Origin: Eremomyces bilateralis CBS 781.70
Taxonomy: Eukaryota
DNA length: 64,000 nucleotides
Reading direction: 5' to 3' (one strand)
Assembly (NCBI GenBank): GCA_010015585.1
Contig: ML975154.1
The translations under genes and the position numbers were made by a program. The notes under the pieces were generated by a model, which made no database searches, had not been told where the DNA came from, and saw only the letters and a program-made list of their open reading frames with translations. Of the stretch, positions 1 to 12,579 are shown in pieces; the first letter of the stretch is position 1; each line of letters opens with the position of its first letter.

Positions 1-291
1 AGCTGAGACTGGGGTCTGTGCGCAGACTCTTGGCTTAGTACTTTACACACTGCATGAAGCCATGCAGGTAGTCACGTGTTGCTTGTGGCTCACCCCACCT
101 GCGCCTCTCCAGGCCGTCAGGCAAACAACCACGTCTGAGCCAAAGGCTCAAGACCATTACATAACGTCCTCAATATCGCGCTCGCGACATAGATAGCTCT
201 TCTTCTTCAGCTTTGCAATAAATGAAAGTGGTATCTGCTGTCTTCGCGATCAAACCGTCTCATCCGTGACCTCAAGGTGCTGATCGTTACA
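1..291 (+). mobile_element. Probable solo-LTR relic (3' part; 5' end lies outside the window or is lost)
   Basis: 209-262 matches 2391-2444 at 48/54 nt and contains AATAAA. The segment ends in ...GTTACA (291), a typical LTR 3' terminus. No coding capacity. Confidence 0.5.
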
Positions 292-316
292 AGATCTGTA
301 TAAAAAACACATCGTC

Positions 317-366
317 AGGCCGCAAGGCCGCAAGGCCAACTACCGCAAGTCCAACTACCGCAAGTC
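317..366. repeat. Short tandem duplications (GGCCGCAA x2; CCAACTACCGCAAGT x2)
   Basis: Seen directly in the sequence. Confidence 0.8.
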
Positions 367-689
367 TAGGCGAACAGCCCAAGACTATGACAATACCTGT
401 ATGATACGAGGGAGTAAGACACCATTGAGTTTGTATCATAACAGGTTTTTATGATGGCTGGTGAGATTTATCCCTCCCGCTAGTAATGGTGGAAATTAAT
501 CGCTCAACTAGGCCTAGCTGTTACGGTCCCGGCCTGCAGTTATCTCGTTATACCAGACGTGCCAAGCCCTCGATGATTACTAAGGAATAAATTCGCAGTA
601 AGGTTTCAGGGCTTCAGCCCGTCTGGCTACTTTTTGTACAAAGGGTGCAACGATTTGTATGCAACAATAAATAAGGATTATTTGTCAAA

Positions 690-1850
690 ATCCAGAGGCT
701 CTAAAGTGACAAAAACTTCCTCATCTGTTTCCTGGGGATCATTATCATCCTCGTTATCATCTGCATAATCCCCATACTCGTTTTCGCCATCTGATGCAGT
801 GAATATTCCCTCTGGCTGTCTCTCCGGCTGTCCCACAGTAGGCTTTGCTAAGAACACACTCCCTTAGATCTTGGCAACGTTTACAAACGTCGTCGTTGTA
901 TCGGTGATACAACATCACTTTGGTCAATCGTTCTGATTGTGTCAACAGTATTTGCTCGCTTCCTCCGTCTTACTTTCCTTTTCGTTTCTTCCATCTCCAC
1001 TAGTTTCCATGTCGTTCCGTCTTGCTCGCGCGAATACACCAAGAGCAGACATTGACGATCAAGGCGGGCCCTTGGTTGTGGCCGTTTGGCAAGAAGAGCT
1101 CGAGTCTGGAGCAATTCCGGGTGATGATTCGGCGGCCGACGCCGCTCTAACCATTGGTCGTTTCTTCTAACTTTTCGTGGCATTCAATTTCTATGACTCT
1201 TCCCGGAATCTGGCGGCATTCTCCACCATAAAAGGCTCGAAATCGGACTGCGTATGCTGCGCCATCGTCCATGTCCCGGAGAGTCTCCTCCAACTCTTGT
1301 CCTCGAGATCCTCTCCCCCATTTTACCTCAGACGTGCTTAGGAGCGGAGCATAAGGATGTCGAGCCAACTCGACTCAAATTTCATCTGGGAGCAGCCATG
1401 ATCCAGGCGGCTTGAAAGACCAAACTTTCGGTTCCATCTTTCGTATGAAAAATCTACGCGCCAGTTCGGTCCACTAACAATCGAGTCAACAAAGCGTGGA
1501 TAAAGAGCTCCCGGCACGAAAAAATATGCTCTATGGCTTGTTCATCCGGTGCCCGTAGCCGTGAAATGAATTGAAACAGCTTGGTGGTAATATGAGGTAA
1601 GTCCATGCTAACAGTCGTCTCCAGGGATCGAATATTTTGTCTAATCAAGGGCTCCGTATCATCCAGATACCCGCTTGATGCGACAGTCGGGGGCTCGCAT
1701 GTTAGGATGTCCATTTGGGCGACGCGTGTTGGATTTTGGCTTCTAGTTGACTGGTGTTGATGGTCTGATGGCGATTCCGAGCGCCTCGAAGGGAGAATTT
1801 CTGACGAGTGACCCCACTCCACTCCACCACAATGTGATCTGAGGTGGAAA
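690..1850 (-). pseudogene. Degraded ORF of unknown family
   Basis: Protein-like minus-strand segments broken by stops and frameshifts (…ELFIHALLTRLL…; …DFEPFMVENAARFREES…; acidic tail …DDNEDDNDPQETDEEVF…). No recognisable domain. Confidence 0.3.
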
Positions 1851-2234
1851 AAATATTATGAGAAGGATAATGTGCATCAGCAGAATGTATTTGATAGATT
1901 TTTTAGCATACTAGGCCACTTGTGAGTGTTGAGCTGTTTCTGCACGACAAGCCAGACGCCCATACAAATCGTTTCGGTCCAGTTTCTCCAACATTATGAG
2001 TTCATTTCGATTTGTCTGTGAGTAAAACTAGGTTCAAAATATAGCCAGTAGCCAAGTTAATTAGTCGAACACAAGCGCACTTTTGCTGAAGCCTTACGTT
2101 GGGAGTAGAGACCGAATGTGACACCATTTTTTGGAAAAAGGTATCATATCTTTCAACTTTTCAACACAATTTCCCCAGACGTTAAATGAAGACTTGTCTT
2201 GTATACGCCTTACCCGAAGGGGCTAAGGTGCTGA

Positions 2235-2450
2235 TGTAAGCAAGCAAGTCGTAATCTAACGTCTGGCATTGTGAGATAAGCCTGCAGCACGTTCCCAGTT
2301 GATATCACGTGGTTGTAACCACGTGACCGGTCTCCCTACTACTTCTTCTCCGCATCCGTAGTTAGCTTCCCTTCTCTCCTTCTCCTCCCTAGCTTTGTAA
2401 TGAATGAAAGTGGTATTCGCAGTCTTCGCGATCGAACCGTCTCACTAGCG
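2235..2450 (+). mobile_element. LTR-like relic related to 1-291, truncated at its 3' side
   Basis: Starts TGTAAG at 2235 and shares the 54-nt block with 209-262. Contains the palindrome TCACGTGGTT-gt-AACCACGTGA at 2305-2326. Confidence 0.45.
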
Positions 2451-2520
2451 CGCAATTTCCTTCGTCTTCGCCTAGGGATAATGTTTAATCTATTCCTTCT
2501 CTCACAGACCTCAGTATGGA

Positions 2521-3551
2521 TAGAGCTCCGAAATGAATAAATGAATACGAATATGGCCCGTATTCATATTCGCCTTTCGCGAATATGAATAATATGAATA
2601 TTATTCATATGAATATGCCTAATATTCATATTCATATTCGTATTCATATTATTCACATCTCTCTCCGGGGGTTTGTTGTTCCAGGCCGACCCATTTCCTC
2701 CTCCCATATAGTTATAGTTATACTAACTAGTTATCGTCTTGCTTGTCAATAGACAGATTTCAGTCCAGTTCCTATGCCAGAACACACGCAGGTGTTTTTG
2801 CGCTGCTTTGAGCTGTGCTGCGAATAGTCATGAACTTGGATTCTATATATCCCTTATGTCTAGGTATGGGGCCCAGATGGGCCCTATTCTATTGCAGGTA
2901 TATGGTAAAGAGATTCAAAGGTTGGCTCTCATTCCCAATATCATTTTTATTCAAGTTTCCGCACAAACAACCTCTCAAACGTCAACACCGCCTAAAACCT
3001 CCAAAACCTATTGAATAACTATTAAATTTGCACTGGAAATAAGTTACATGAGTTAACACGTTAATGTCGCGTCAAATCATGTATTCGACTTTCGGTAATA
3101 GAGAATGGAGGTTTATATACTTCAAGCCGCGAATCCTGGATAGTTATGACACGTCTGTCGCGTTAACGACCCGCATCCCTCGTTTGCGGATGGTGACCCT
3201 GACTGGGTTTTGAAATGGTAGAAAGCAAATGCGCCTGACTTTCCTTGCATGGCTCAAGCGGCACGCGACTGTCTCTCAGTTCCCTCTATTGAGGTGGGCG
3301 TAGAACGTCCTTTTAGTGGTGCACGAGACGTGTTAGGTCTTAGGAGACACTCTATGAATGCAGAGACGATGAGATGTTACAACTTCATTTGCCTATATCT
3401 ATGCGAAGTATCCATGAATATTATGAATATTCATGAATATCGCGAATATGAATATAAGGCATATTCATATTCACATTATTCGCCAAGACTTTATTCATAT
3501 TCACAAATTATTCATATTATTCATATTATTCGTATTCGTTTCGGACCTCTA
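2521..3551 (+). mobile_element. Non-autonomous (internally deleted) hAT-family DNA transposon
   Basis: Left end TAGAGCTCCGAAATGAATA versus reverse complement of right end TAGAGGTCCGAAACGAATA (17/19). Perfect 8-bp TSD AGTATGGA at 2513-2520 and 3552-3559. Dense subterminal GAATAT/ATATTC repeats at both ends. hAT C-terminal dimerisation remnant W*KANAPDFPCMAQAARDCLSVPSIEVGVERPFSGARDVLGLRRHSM at ~3215-3375. Confidence 0.92.
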
Positions 3552-3554
3552 AGT

Positions 3555-4818
3555 ATGGAGGATATCGCCCCTCCTCCAGATGGTCTTCACGCGTCCTATA
3601 AAGAAGCCTACAATGCTCTCAAAATCCATGGTATGCAGCATGGTTACGGCTTCGCACTCAAACGGAGCAACCCTCACGGTTCTAATATAAAGACGCGATA
3701 TTACTATCAATGCGATCGATCCGGAAACTATCAGTCAAGAGCAAGGATTCTAAGCACAAGCACACGCAAAATAGAGTGTACTTTTAGGCTTATCATATTC
3801 AAGAACAAAAATGACGACCAGTGGAAGCTAGAGGTGCTACACAAGCATCACAACCACCCCCGATCACTTAACCCTAGTGCGCATAATGTCTACCGCAGGC
3901 GTACATCAGTACAGAAAGACACAATTGAATCAATGACACATGCCGGGGTACGGCCGATGCAGATAATGGCTGCTATTCAAAAGGAGGACCCGGAAACGCT
4001 AGTCTCTGCCATCGATATCCGCAGCGAGAGGAAGGCAATTAGAGAGAAGAACTTAAATGGGAGGAATCCGATTAGGACATTACTGGATGACTTATCTACG
4101 CCAGAATGGGTCTTCACTGTTAAGAAGGATGCGGATAATCACGTACAAGGTCTCTTCTTTGCCCACTAGAAGTAGATCGAGCTACTGCTTGCGAATCCCG
4201 ATATCCTATTGATGGACTGTACGTACCGAACCAACAAGTACAAACTCCCACTGTTACACATACTCGGCTGCACCAATCTGCAGATCTTCTTCTCTGTAGG
4301 GTTCTGCTTCCTCCATAGCGAGAAAGAAGTAGATTACCATCGGGCAATCTCAAACTTCCTCCTCAAGACAGGGACACCGTAGCCACGCGTGTTCATTAGT
4401 GATCAGAAAGATGCGGTGAAACTGGCAGCTCGTACTCTGTTTCTAGGTGTTCCATAACTCCTTTGCGTATGGCATATGAACAAGAACGTGCAAACAAAGG
4501 CTCAAAAGACCTGGAGACGCTGATTGCGAGACAAAAGAAGAGAAGCAGAAAATCACTGAGCAATTGGGCCAATTCATGAAACGTTAGAGTCAGGTATGCT
4601 CCCCGTTAATGGTCTCTTAAAAGTCTTTCATAGATCTAACTAGAGCAGTTTGTCTACGCAAAAGGACTACTTGCATTTGAGCTGAAGTAGGATGAGTTAC
4701 TCAAAGACTATGTTGACCAGCGAGAGCTTTGCCAATACTTATACAAAAATCAATGGCACACACGCACTAAGTGGGCAGCTGCTTGGAAGTCTCAGCATCG
4801 ACACTATAACACAATTAT
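3555..4818 (+). pseudogene. Mutator-like (MULE) transposase pseudogene
   Basis: FAR1-like N-terminal C..C/HNH region, then MULE core (LLMDCTYRTNKYKLPL…RVFISDQ…LLCVWHMNKNV). Stops at 4167, 4173, 4380 and 4455 (CAG/CAA-derived) plus further TAGs and a frameshift. Truncated at RHYNT, before the last catalytic Glu. Confidence 0.9.
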
Positions 4819-5098
4819 TGTTATGGTCCTGGGCCTGTGGCCTGGGCCCTTGGGTATGGCTGACGCCACAGGGATGTGGCTAGTGGATGGCATGGAGGAT
4901 TATCAAGGAGATAGTCATATGGGAGCTATATGTTAGGACGGAGCTGTATTAAGGAGATGTGTTAAGCTGTGTTAGGATAGCAGAGAGAAGAGTTTATATC
5001 TCGTGCATAGAGGCGCTGGGAGATTTCTTCCTTCTCTCTCTTCAGTTTAGATTAATGGAACTTGGTAATCGCAGATCTTGCGCATCCAGACCGTGTCA
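4819..5098. mobile_element. Possible solo LTR interrupting the MULE
   Basis: The MULE reading frame stops abruptly at TGTTATGG (4819). A non-coding block follows and ends …GTGTCA. No TSD found, so the 3' boundary is uncertain. Confidence 0.35.
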
Positions 5099-6863
5099 AA
5101 GGCGACCAAATAGTTCAAATCTCAGAATCAAGGCAACAGAGCATGGGGCAGCCTTATGGATATACTACATGGTTGAAATGGCGTTCGACATTTAGTCCAG
5201 CTCTGTGACCTCCGTATCTGACTGAAATTACCACAAAATCAACCGTCCATTCCGCCTTGACGGAGCATCGCTTGCAATTTGCCGACCAAGTGTCTCGTCA
5301 AAGAAAGGCTTGAATGCCCTATATAACCCGCAACGTCGGGCGGATCTGCTTCTATTATGAAAACATTCATGCTTCACAGCGGTACCATGTTCTCTCACCT
5401 TGCTCGTGAAGCGCCTACTCACACCTTTGACGAAATTGCTAACCATGTTACATATATTTACTTCTGAAAGGAGTTGACTTGGACTCTTATCCGGGTGTCT
5501 AGCCCGCAATAAGAAGTACCCCAATTCATCTCGCCCGTACGCAGAAATCTAGGAAACTACAAAATAGCAAATGCTGAGAATATTAGTTAAGCGATCGTGC
5601 CATGCAAAATGTGGTGATAGTGATGTCGCGAATTTTCGGTAAGGATAATGGATGGTGATCTGGGCCACATGGTCTAATCTGATCGATCTTGCCAGTATGG
5701 TTCGGTACCCCTGTCGCTGTCTTTTGGATCTGGACGTCACCCCAGGCGCAAGACGAGATGCGGCTGTTCACTGCCAACATCAAAGCTCTAGAGCTCTATA
5801 CTCATGCTTTATCGATGATACCTGTCTCAGGAATATAAATGAACCAACATCATTATATTTTTTTGACTTCACATCCTACTGACGACAAATATGATCAATT
5901 ATCTCAAAATATATGCACTTATTCGACTCGACAGATCTCACATCAGGACTCCGCCGCGTGGAGACGCCGTTCGAACCTCAATCGCTCCCAATGCAGCCAC
6001 CCGTAAAGCCCCGAGACGCGATTTGGACCTTCTTATTATCAAAACATCGCGCTCTGACCCAGATTGGCGTATTGAACGACGCGCTCCATTCATTTCCATC
6101 CTCATCTAGCCGGTCATGATACATACCAGAACTGCCAGGTCGAGATGCCACCGCCCACGCATCCTCTCGCGTGCTTCGGCAATTATCCTGACTATAGTCA
6201 TATCCCGCCATCCACGCCCTTTCATCTTTGTAATTGCCGAAAGCAACCTTGTACCATCCCTCACAGTAGCCATGGTTCTCGGTGATGGGGGGCCAAGCGC
6301 GGTTCGACCGTTTAGCGTGGATTCGTAACTGTACAAGTCCTCAACATAGGCACCGCCAAACTTCCAGTTCAATGGATTGTTTGGAATATTGCCATCGCAT
6401 CATAGATGATGCGCTTGAATGCATCGGGACACCCTAGCCTGTCAAACGTCGTTGCCGCGCCGCTATCCTTGAGCATGAATTCATGTTCATCTGGTGTACC
6501 CGCAGAGCAGAACCGAAGGTGGTTCGATTGTTAGTCTCCTCCAGAGCAATAATATCTTCCGGACTCTGTTGGACGTCTAGTTTCCGTTCTGGTATATAAT
6601 ATCTGTGATTCGTAGTGATAGGTTTGAAATACTGCAACTCTGGTTGACTCAGGTCTGGGTACTCCGGACGCTTGTGGGGCACACATGAGACCACTGACAC
6701 CCTCCTTCACCCAGGCACTTCATTCCGACCACCCGATCTTGAAGTTTATGTTGGGCTTATTTTGGTACTCCTCAGCCACTTCTTTCAGGGCTTGGTTTGC
6801 TTTCGCTGTAAGTGTATTGAATATACGACGACGCTAATACATAAGGACTCGAGCAATGTTCCA

Positions 6864-8054
6864 TTACCACCGCCCCCGCTGTTCTGTCCTGACTGTGAAA
6901 TCAGTCTTCCTGACAATACCATGGTGCGGTACAATCGCCTCCTCGCTCTCGGGAATCGATGTCCCGTCCCAGTCCTTGCCAGGCTTATCTATCGAATGCC
7001 GACCATTGTGCCTCGACACATGCGCTGTGCTCGAGATCATCTCGAAGTCTCCATGTGCGAACCGTCCGGACGGTGCTGTTCCCCGAGTGTCGCTTCGCGC
7101 TCCTGTCCGGGATGTTGTCGTTAGGGATATGCCGATCTTCTTGAGTCCGCTCTCGAACATCGCACGAAGGCAGGGGATGCAGGCGGCCATGATGCCGACA
7201 TATGATTCGGCGAAAGCCCACACTCTCATCTCGACCGAGGACCATGTCGTATCTTTCTCATTCAATTTTTGGAATTCCTTGACGTAGATCAGCTTCCGGG
7301 TGCCAGCAATCGTACAGAGTAGCCCCAGACTCATGAGAAAGGCGAGGACTAGCTTGTCTCGTAGAGGGCGGCGGAGTGAAAAGATGAAGGTGAGAGGGAG
7401 GAGTGCAAATAAGACGTCGGATAATAACAAGGTAATCGACGTCCCCAAGACTGCATTGAAGACGTCCTGTCGGGACCGGCAAGTTCCTTTGATCGTTTTG
7501 TTCCAATAGAATTCCATTGGTTTGCACTCAGTCATCTGTAAGGCCATCGTGACGACGGCAGATACGATGAGGTATACAATGCATGCACCCATGCCAACTC
7601 TCCAAAGAGTATCCCTTTGAATCCGAAGAAGCATTGCTGCAACGGAGAGCTTGATGAACGTCACTCCCCATGACCAAAGGATCTGAGTGGCCCACGTCAA
7701 CTTGATGTATAAAGGCGCATCGGCGGGCTTGAGGAATTCGATATGTCGTCCATAGCCAAGTGAGGTACTATATATTGTGAGCGCGTAGGTTGTTACAACA
7801 ATGCCCTTCAGACATTATTAGTCCTATTTCTCCAAAATAGTGTCCAAACTGAAGCTTACCACCGCAATGGTGATTAGATAATCATCCCAGCTAAGCTTGA
7901 AAGTTGGTCGCGACCTGGAGACCATACGGCAGATGTACAAAATAAGAGCGATAGCCAGCATGCTCGTGTGAGCCGCGATTATCATGGGAATTTTTGTCTC
8001 ATCTTCTCGACTCGTCGCTCGCGGATCAAAAGAGTTGAAGAAATCGTCTGACAT
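6864..8054 (-). CDS. PTH11-like (fungal rhodopsin-domain) integral membrane protein, no CFEM domain
   Basis: Exons 8054-7860 and 7805-6864, with a GTAAGC…CTAAT…AAG intron at 7859-7806. Motifs WDDYLI, GYGRHI, C-P---W----G-C, DVLFALLP and E-YVGIMAACIP-LR; about 7 hydrophobic segments. Confidence 0.9.
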
Positions 8055-8610
8055 CTTGATATTTTTTTATAGTGACTTGACAGTGACTTGTGAGTCCCTG
8101 ACTCGAGATAGGGAGTGGACGATCAGTGATTAATCGGCCATGCAAGACAGAAAAAGCGCACTGGAGTTAGAAGATCGGGCAGCGTGGAAACTCTGAAAAG
8201 CCGGCCTATATCAAGAATTTGAACTAACTCTCAGATCATTTCCCAAATGTTGAGCACCACATCATTCATCCTTGATCAGTGGCCAAGAGTCAAGAATCGT
8301 CAAACCCCACAAAAGGCGGGAAGATGAAGGCCTGCAAAGCGCACCAACCTGCCCTACGCAAATTACGAGGTTCTATGGCTTCTACCCTATGGATGGTCGA
8401 GATGAAGCCACAATGGTTTTGTAGATTGCACTTTGGACGGGATAAAATGACCTTGGACATTATTGGAGGAGCAGCAGCCGCAGTGGCAACTCAAATTTCG
8501 CCAAAGCCCAGATCAAGACTCAATCCCATCAGCCATCAAGAGGCGAGTCAAGGAGAGAATACGGAGGCGCCTTTCAAAAGATTTTCCCTGGACCGTGCAC
8601 GATCCCAATC

Positions 8611-8680
8611 GTGATCCGGTGATCGGTGATCCGGTGATCGCCTGATCGGTGATTGACTGATTGTCTGATTGATGATGATA
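8611..8680. repeat. Degenerate GGTGATC/TGAT tandem tract
   Basis: gtgatccggtgatcggtgatccggtgatcg…tgattgactgattg… seen directly. Confidence 0.7.
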
Positions 8681-11573
8681 ATAACAATAGTACTTGGCAA
8701 GGCTGCTGGGCAGGTGACCGCCTAAATTCTGGGGGGGGGAGCCTAAATTTGGGGGGGTTCCCCTATTTCTCTGAGCTGAGCCCTGGCCCGATTTCTCTCG
8801 GGGAATTAAGCCAGAACGCTACTACGCTACCGACGCCATCGTGCACGCTCCAGGATTTTTTTTTTGAAAGGCGCCTCCGTACGGAGTAGGAGACAGAAAG
8901 TTAGCTCGATAGGGGCTTAAGCTCCGGCTTCTCGTACTTGAACGCTCGAATGGTAGCTGCATTGTGGATGCAATTATTGCAAATGGCGTTACGATACTAA
9001 CAAACTAGGCGAAACACTAGCCACTCTGAATTCTATGGCCTGCAGTCTGTTTGAGAATGAACTTAAGCGAACTAGAAATGTCTTGGTCAATCGTGGCGTG
9101 ATTCCTTCTATCCCGCCTCAGAGGCACCAATTATAGATCAGTTCAACAGGAACGTATGGACAACCAGGTTAGCGGAACTTGGAACTTGGTCAAGTCATCC
9201 CATCTTTACCTCCTGATCTCAGGTTCGCGAGGAGTTAGAGAACAGGAGAATGTGCTTGAGGTCTGCATGATACATCCATGATTCGATGGTCCAGGCTCCT
9301 TGAAACTTGGATAGCAGCGAAGATGGCAAGTTGTTGGCATGTTGCTCGCTAGCGTGTACGTGGACACATTAGTATGTCGTATCAAGATTTGGGTTAGGTG
9401 GAAATGTGGACGTGGCTGTTCCTAAGAGTGAAGCCGGAGACTGGCCGGCATCAACCCGGCAACGAGGACTCGGGGAGACTGAAAAAACCCCGGAAAAGTC
9501 CCAGCAGATGTGAAGTTCGAGTCAGGGAACAGAGTTACATAGCCGATTCTGAATTAGGAAGGATCAGCCCATACCAGGCTCGTATGGATTGATAATCTAC
9601 CACTGTCGTGGAAGCAGCTCAGAGAGCTGCCGCAATTATTATGGAATATGGATAGCAACTAATCCTCTGGTTCCAAACAGACAGCAAGAAGTAGCATTCG
9701 GTTGAGTGGTATTTATATGCTGCGCTTTTATCAAGAAAGATGAGAAGGGGACTGGATACATGAAACATACGGATGTGCCAGGGGAGGAATTGGTATCCGA
9801 GGTTCCATTCGCTGGTACAGTAGACCGTCAGCGTTCGGTTTAACCCATATTTAGCTAGACTGGCGCTTCCTCCGCGGAAACCATTTCCAACCCTGGACTT
9901 AGAGGCTCTTTGTCAGTGCACGACCCCCCTTGACCCCTCACCCTTCACCCTTGTCAACCCCCCGCCTAAACGAACACTCAACCCAAGAAATCGAAAAGCT
10001 TCTACCTTTTAAGTGGTGTGAGTGGCGTTACCAAGGCGGAATTTTATCTCACTAAGACTCGTTAGCACGTAATTCCGCTTCACGATGTACGTATTCTCAG
10101 TTTCAACAATTTGAGTAATTGTGAGACAGTTAATTGGCTGTTTAGACATCAAATGAATCAGTCCCTGGCACAATCAATTGACGGCCATTGATCGGAGACG
10201 ATTGATCATATCTCTTCACTCTTTGAGTCCTGTCTTGATGCCCAACAATAATGAATTCGCGATAGATCTCAGAAGTGAGCCATTTTGGCCCAGTGGCGTC
10301 CCAACCGCGTTTCACTTCCACTGTGGCGTTGCCCTTGAATCACCGACCAGACAGTCTTCAGGCTTCAATATCGCAACGTCGAGTCCTCGACATCCGGGAT
10401 TCTTGATCACTACATTGTTTTCACTTCTCAGGTCTAGTGGGAACACTAATTAAAAAGGGAGAATGTTTGAAGATCCGAAGCAAAAGTGAAGATGGAATCT
10501 CTGCTGTGCTGAATTGCTGAATACCATCATGAGGATGTGGGTTAGCCCCACAGTTGGGATTCGCGATGCAGACTCACAAATGCGCAATACCCTCGTCCAG
10601 TCCGTCATGCCCGGCAGGCGACATGGCCTCATCAGCTCATCATATTATTAACTTCGTCCCCGGCTCCCCGCTATCACGGCCTATCACGGACTCATGTCTC
10701 AATAGCTTTTATTTTAACTCGGAGTTTTGAGAGACCGACGACCGATGCAGGATTGTCTGATCAGTTTCGATCACGACTTTTGAAGACCAGTTTTCCTCGG
10801 CCGTACCATAGTATACTGCAGTTCGAATCGTCAGCAAGATAGGGATGTTACAGACTCACTTTTCTCCAAGGAGCACAGCATCAATGGCATAAACCGATCG
10901 TTGCATTGAGACAGTACTCAGTAGGGAAGTAAGTCGAAGGGACTGTCTCCTGGACGACCGCAATGATTCAGCTCTCAGCAATCTCACCAGGCGCATCCTT
11001 GTCATCCACGATAGGTACCATTGCTAACGGCAGTCGTCGGCCCCGATCCACAATCCAATAGTGCTATTATCTGCTTGGTCCAATAGTACCTAGTGTCACT
11101 ACCCCCACTAGATGCCGCAGAAAGTTCCATTTCTTTTCCATATCTCCGCAGGAGCCACATGCCGATTCTCGAATAATCTCGATCATTAGTCGATACCCGT
11201 CATGCACTCATGCGTAAGCCCACGAGGCATGGATAGATAGCGTGCATCCTTCTCGCTTTTATTCCGATTCGCCGAACCGCTCTATCACCGACCAATAGAG
11301 CGGTCAACTACCCATCGAACTTAACTTTACGTCCAATTTGAGTCTGCCAAGGCGATTGGACACCGTTGACGGTGAGATAATAGCATTATATGGATCCGGA
11401 TTCCCGGTTCCGGGAAGACATTCGGCAAGATCTGGCCAGGAAATTGGGGTTAAAGGTTAGTCAGTCGTCTGTTTAAGTATAAACTGCCCACGCCTCGCTC
11501 TCTCTCAAGCTTCAAAGTCAACATTCGTCACTGTTATCAAATTCGAGTCTTTTCCGGCTGTTCATCGCTCACC

Positions 11574-12192
11574 ATGCTTGCACTTACTCTCGTCGTTTCG
11601 GCGCTTTCACTCCTCTCCAGCCAGCTTGTATCCGCACAGGATTCTGTTCCTGCTGCTGTTGCGACACCTGCCGCACCAGAATTGAAATTCTTATATACGG
11701 CGTACGTCCTGTGTACACCCGATATCGCCGGCCAAGGACAGGGTCCCGCTGGCACTCGGAAGACAATCCCCATCGTCGGCGGCAATGTGACCGGACCCCT
11801 CATCAACGGAGACATCGCAGATGTGGGCGCGGACTGGGGCACGGTGGATCCTGTATCTGGCGTCTTCAGCGCAGACACAAGATACAATATTGTCACGGAT
11901 GACGGTGCTGTCATTTTCCTCCGGACCAGCGGGCCCACAGTAGGCAACACATTGCACTTGCGGGTCCAACTCGAGACCGGGTCGGAGAAATATTACTGGT
12001 TGAACGAAATCATTGCTATTGGAGTTTTAACACCGATCTCCATAACCGCGGAGGGATCCGTACTGAGGATTGATACCTGGCATGTAAGTAGTTGAGATGC
12101 GTTCTTACTTATCTCCCCTTGCAAGCAAAGATGGTCGCCTCTAACAGATGACATAGTTTGCCGACGAACCTGAAACGAGCAGTTTCGCCTAA
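11574..12192 (+). CDS. DUF3237 (UPF0311) family protein with predicted signal peptide
   Basis: Motifs IPIVGGNVTGP, GADWG, DTRYNIVTDDGAVIF and ETGSEKYYWLN. Intron 12084-12156 (GTAAGT…CTAAC…TAG), last exon FADEPETSSFA*. Hydrophobic N-terminus ending VSA-Q. Confidence 0.85.
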
Positions 12193-12579
12193 CACTCCAT
12201 TCTTTCCTCGCTCGTTATTCTAGCTATCCAGTCCCTTCGAATCCAGTGGAGCCTCGCATCAAAACTATCCAGTCTATTACCTTTATACACAGTTGCAGCG
12301 AGTGGGAATGCGGCGCTTTCAGTCTTGGAAAGTTGTTTTCAAAGACGCCTTCAGTTGTGTGCACAGTCCTTGTAAGCATGGCGCATGTTGGTATCGTTCC
12401 ATATAATATCCTTAGATTAAGTCTTCTTGGCCTTCGCATTACCTATGAACCGAAGAAAATCGCATGCCTATTGCTGAAATCAGAGGTCATTGATAGAATT
12501 TAGACATCCAAACAGTTGATCGCACTTATTCAGCCACAAATGATCATCTTTTGATCAGGGACATCACATTTAGGGCAAT

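Noticed and set aside
2521..3551. AT-rich GAATAT repeats as a CRISPR array or origin
   Set aside because: Eukaryotic context and no repeat-spacer periodicity; explained as hAT subterminal repeats.
3249..4169. 306-aa ORF as one genuine gene
   Set aside because: It crosses the hAT right TIR and TSD, so it is a chimera of two transposon remnants.
5228..6700. Minus-strand short ORFs as a gene
   Set aside because: Some fragments look protein-like, but I could not build a coherent spliced model or recognise any domain.
9925..9970. CCCT-rich tract as an interstitial telomere
   Set aside because: No true tandem CCCTAA units.
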